Positions 61,493 through 64,000 of a stretch of DNA of 64,000 nucleotides are shown one piece after another (the stretch's first letter is position 1; each line of letters begins with the position of its first letter). Origin of the DNA: an uncultured delta proteobacterium (lineage in GTDB: Bacteria > Desulfobacterota > Binatia > UBA9968); contig CAVXEP010000030.1 in the NCBI GenBank assembly GCA_963760795.1, positions 64,001 to 128,000 on the forward strand, given 5' to 3'. Made by a program: the position numbers and the translations under genes. The notes beneath the pieces were generated by a model. The model was not told the origin of the DNA. It worked only from the letters and a program-made list of their open reading frames with translations, and made no database searches.

Positions 61493-63154
61493 TCAGAAAA
61501 ATTTCTGCGCGGCGTGCTGAGCCGCGAGCCAGCCAAAAGTCATTGCGCCCGCGAGCGGCAGCCCTGCTTGAAATCCAACGCCGACATGTTCGAGCGCAAC
61601 CACGTCGCCGCAGGCGTAGAGGCCGGGAATATCATGGCCTCTCATATGAATCACCTGGGCGTCTCTGGTCGTGACCAAACCAATCGAATTGCCGCCGAAC
61701 GGCTGCATCTCGAAGCCAAAGAAAGGAGGCTCTGAAATGGCGCCCAGGTTCGGGTTTTTCTGGTTCAAATCTCCGGCCGCTTGTCGTGACCAGGTCATGC
61801 GCCCGCGCTGGAAGTCGGCGTCCTCGCTCTTCTCGACGAAACCGTTGAAGCGCTCCACCGCTGCGGTCAACCCGGCGCTATCCACACCGATAGTTTTACC
61901 GAGGTCGGCAAGCGTGCTGCCGCGCGGCAGCCAGTCCGGAGGATCGGCCCCGGGCGGTACCGGCGGCAAGCCATACTTGCGCAGGTATTGCGCATCGCAA
62001 ACGAAATAGCAGGGCACGTTAAGCAACTGATGACTGCCGGCATCATAGTGGCGCAGTTTGCTGGCGACGTCTCCAAACGAAGACTCATCAGCGAAGCGGC
62101 TGCCGGCACGGTTCACCAGGATGCCGTGGGGATGGCCCAATTCGTGGGTGCCGGCAACACGCAAAATCGGTTGGCCATCGACGCTTTCTCCTTTTACGTG
62201 GCGGCCAAGCTTGATGCTCAAGTTCCAGTGCATGACGGTGAAAGCTGCGCCAATCTCCAGGCCCATCACCAAACCGTCGCCGCGATTTCTCGGCGAGCCG
62301 TGGGGTGGCCAAGGGTTGAACTCATCGAACCAGCCCATGAGTTGCGGGTTGGAATCGTATTTTCCGGTCGCCAAGACCACGCCGTTCTTGGCGCTGAGGG
62401 CGAGGATCTTTCCGGCGCAAGAAACCTCGACTCCCATCACGCGGTTATCTTGGACAATAAATTGGTTCGCCGCCGTATTGAGACGAAAGGGAATATCGCG
62501 ATCGAGTGCCGCTTTGAAAAAATGGCCCGCCACGGCGCCACCCAGCGTTCGAATATCCTGCGCCTGGCGTTCATTGACGACTTTCTCGTCGAGGTTACGG
62601 TAGCCGCCCCAACCACCCGCAGCGGTCATCTCTTCAAAAGTCATCCGTCCGTGGGCGAATGGAGTGCGATCGAGTTTGCTCTGCCATGAGCCGAGAGTGC
62701 CGGCGTCAAAGGGACGGAGCTGGTGGCTTCTCCCCCAAGGTTTAGATCCTTGACCCAACGGATAGTAATGATCAGCCAATCCGTCCAGAACGTAAAAAGG
62801 CAGTCCGACTCTCTGCTCGAAAAACTGCAACGCTCCGGGCGACTGTTCGATGAAATGCTGTGTGATCTCGGGATTGTTGCGTCCTCCCCCGAGATAGTCG
62901 AGATAGTCGCGGCTTTCGGCGGCGGAGTCCGTCGCTCCTTTTGAGCGCGCGAGATGGCTGTTGCCAACCCAGACAATTCCCGACGACCAGCTGGTCGTGC
63001 CACCGATCTTATTTGCTTTCTCGATAACCAGCGGACGCAGCCCGAGCTCGGCCGCCGCTACGGCTGCCGCCATTCCCGCAAGGCCCGAGCCGATACAAAT
63101 CAAGTCGAACTGGTCATCCCAAAGGATTCTTTCCGCGCCACTGACAAACTTCAT
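61493..63154 (-). CDS. FAD-dependent oxidoreductase (3-ketosteroid-delta1-dehydrogenase-like)
   Basis: IGSGLAG, GGTTSWSSG, DHYY, VNRAGSRFADE, DADFQRG, GLYACG. Confidence 0.88.
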   Translation of the reverse strand: MKFVSGAERILWDDQFDLICIGSGLAGMAAAVAAAELGLRPLVIEKANKIGGTTSWSSGIVWVGNSHLARSKGATDSAAESRDYLDYLGGGRNNPEITQHFIEQSPGALQFFEQRVGLPFYVLDGLADHYYPLGQGSKPWGRSHQLRPFDAGTLGSWQSKLDRTPFAHGRMTFEEMTAAGGWGGYRNLDEKVVNERQAQDIRTLGGAVAGHFFKAALDRDIPFRLNTAANQFIVQDNRVMGVEVSCAGKILALSAKNGVVLATGKYDSNPQLMGWFDEFNPWPPHGSPRNRGDGLVMGLEIGAAFTVMHWNLSIKLGRHVKGESVDGQPILRVAGTHELGHPHGILVNRAGSRFADESSFGDVASKLRHYDAGSHQLLNVPCYFVCDAQYLRKYGLPPVPPGADPPDWLPRGSTLADLGKTIGVDSAGLTAAVERFNGFVEKSEDADFQRGRMTWSRQAAGDLNQKNPNLGAISEPPFFGFEMQPFGGNSIGLVTTRDAQVIHMRGHDIPGLYACGDVVALEHVGVGFQAGLPLAGAMTFGWLAAQHAAQKFF

Positions 63155-63250
63155 TGCGTAATCCTCCGTTCTAACGGCGTTGTGAATGGATTTAGATACT
63201 CGAGCTAAGTCGTCAGTCCGAATCACGTGTCCGGCAATTCGCCGTCAAGG

Positions 63251-64000
63251 TTACTTGTATAGACCATCGATGAAACCGCTCTGGTCAAGCTCGCGAACAA
63301 AGCGCGCGTCGAAAAAGCGCTCGACGTTGACGTTCTTGGCCTTCGGATTGGTCTGGGCGATCTGCTCCAACGATACTTTAATGCCACCCACCGAGGGGTA
63401 GGGCTTGCGCTGGTATTCCTGCACGTTGAATTCATAACCGGCCTCGATCAGCGCCGGGTCCTTAACCTTCATATAACGAGCCATCGTTTGCATGGTTTCG
63501 GCCTTGTGTGTTTTGTAGTAGCGGATTCCTTCGACCAGCGCCTTTGTAAACCGGCGAACTGTGGCTTCCTCGGTTTTAATCGTCCGTCGCGTGGTGACAA
63601 TATCGGCACCCAAGAATTCCACGCCGAGCTTTCTGACATCGATCAACAAGGGCAGACCGATCTTATCAGCGGCGACCTTATCCTCGGCGGAGAGCGTCGT
63701 ACCCTGGATTATTCCGGCTTGCAGTGCGGCGAGTCTCAGCGGCGATTGTCCCACTTGTCGGATGGTCACATCCTTGTCGGGATTAAGCCCGAGTTTTTCC
63801 AAAACCAGCCGCAAAATAAAATCACCTGCGCCGCCATAGCGGTCGATGCCGAGAACTTTTCCCTTCAACTGCTCGGGTCTGGAAATCTCCTTTGTCGTGA
63901 CCAGGAAAGACAGGCTCGAAGTCTTCCTCAGGCTGCCGATCAAGACCAAATCGCTACCGGAGAGATTACTGTTTACAGCTGCAGCGCCACCCATGATCGC
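63251..64000 (-). CDS. NitT/TauT ABC substrate-binding protein, 3' part
   Basis: QLKGKVLGI, KPYPS, LDQSGFIDGLYK; start outside window. Confidence 0.88.
   Translation of the reverse strand, partial: AIMGGAAAVNSNLSGSDLVLIGSLRKTSSLSFLVTTKEISRPEQLKGKVLGIDRYGGAGDFILRLVLEKLGLNPDKDVTIRQVGQSPLRLAALQAGIIQGTTLSAEDKVAADKIGLPLLIDVRKLGVEFLGADIVTTRRTIKTEEATVRRFTKALVEGIRYYKTHKAETMQTMARYMKVKDPALIEAGYEFNVQEYQRKPYPSVGGIKVSLEQIAQTNPKAKNVNVERFFDARFVRELDQSGFIDGLYK

Overview
This 64-kb, moderately GC-rich bacterial window contains no rRNA, tRNA or CRISPR array that I can see. Its gene content is a mosaic: about 13 solute-binding protein genes with no permease or ATPase, two MetE-II enzymes, an amidohydrolase, MmgE/PrpD, LLM and KstD-like oxidoreductases, cupins, hydrolases and msrBA. 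This content resembles soil Binatia/deltaproteobacterial MAGs (inference). The intergenic DNA is rich in structure. It holds several dispersed repeat families, 3'-end remnants of RAYT/Y1-like transposases, an IS110 fragment, a 131-bp MITE with an apparent 7-bp TSD, and gene relics (Dps, ADH, Mrr, cardiolipin synthase). The best candidates for an undescribed system are: (i) a cytoplasmic S8 protease, a stand-alone propeptide-like protein and an HExxE protein; (ii) a secreted helical protein translationally coupled to a TIR-4TM protein; (iii) Schlafen-related genes bracketed by RAYT-type end motifs, suggesting cassette traffic. At least seven genes carry small indels, most likely long-read assembly errors. 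All family calls come from motif recognition, not database searches.
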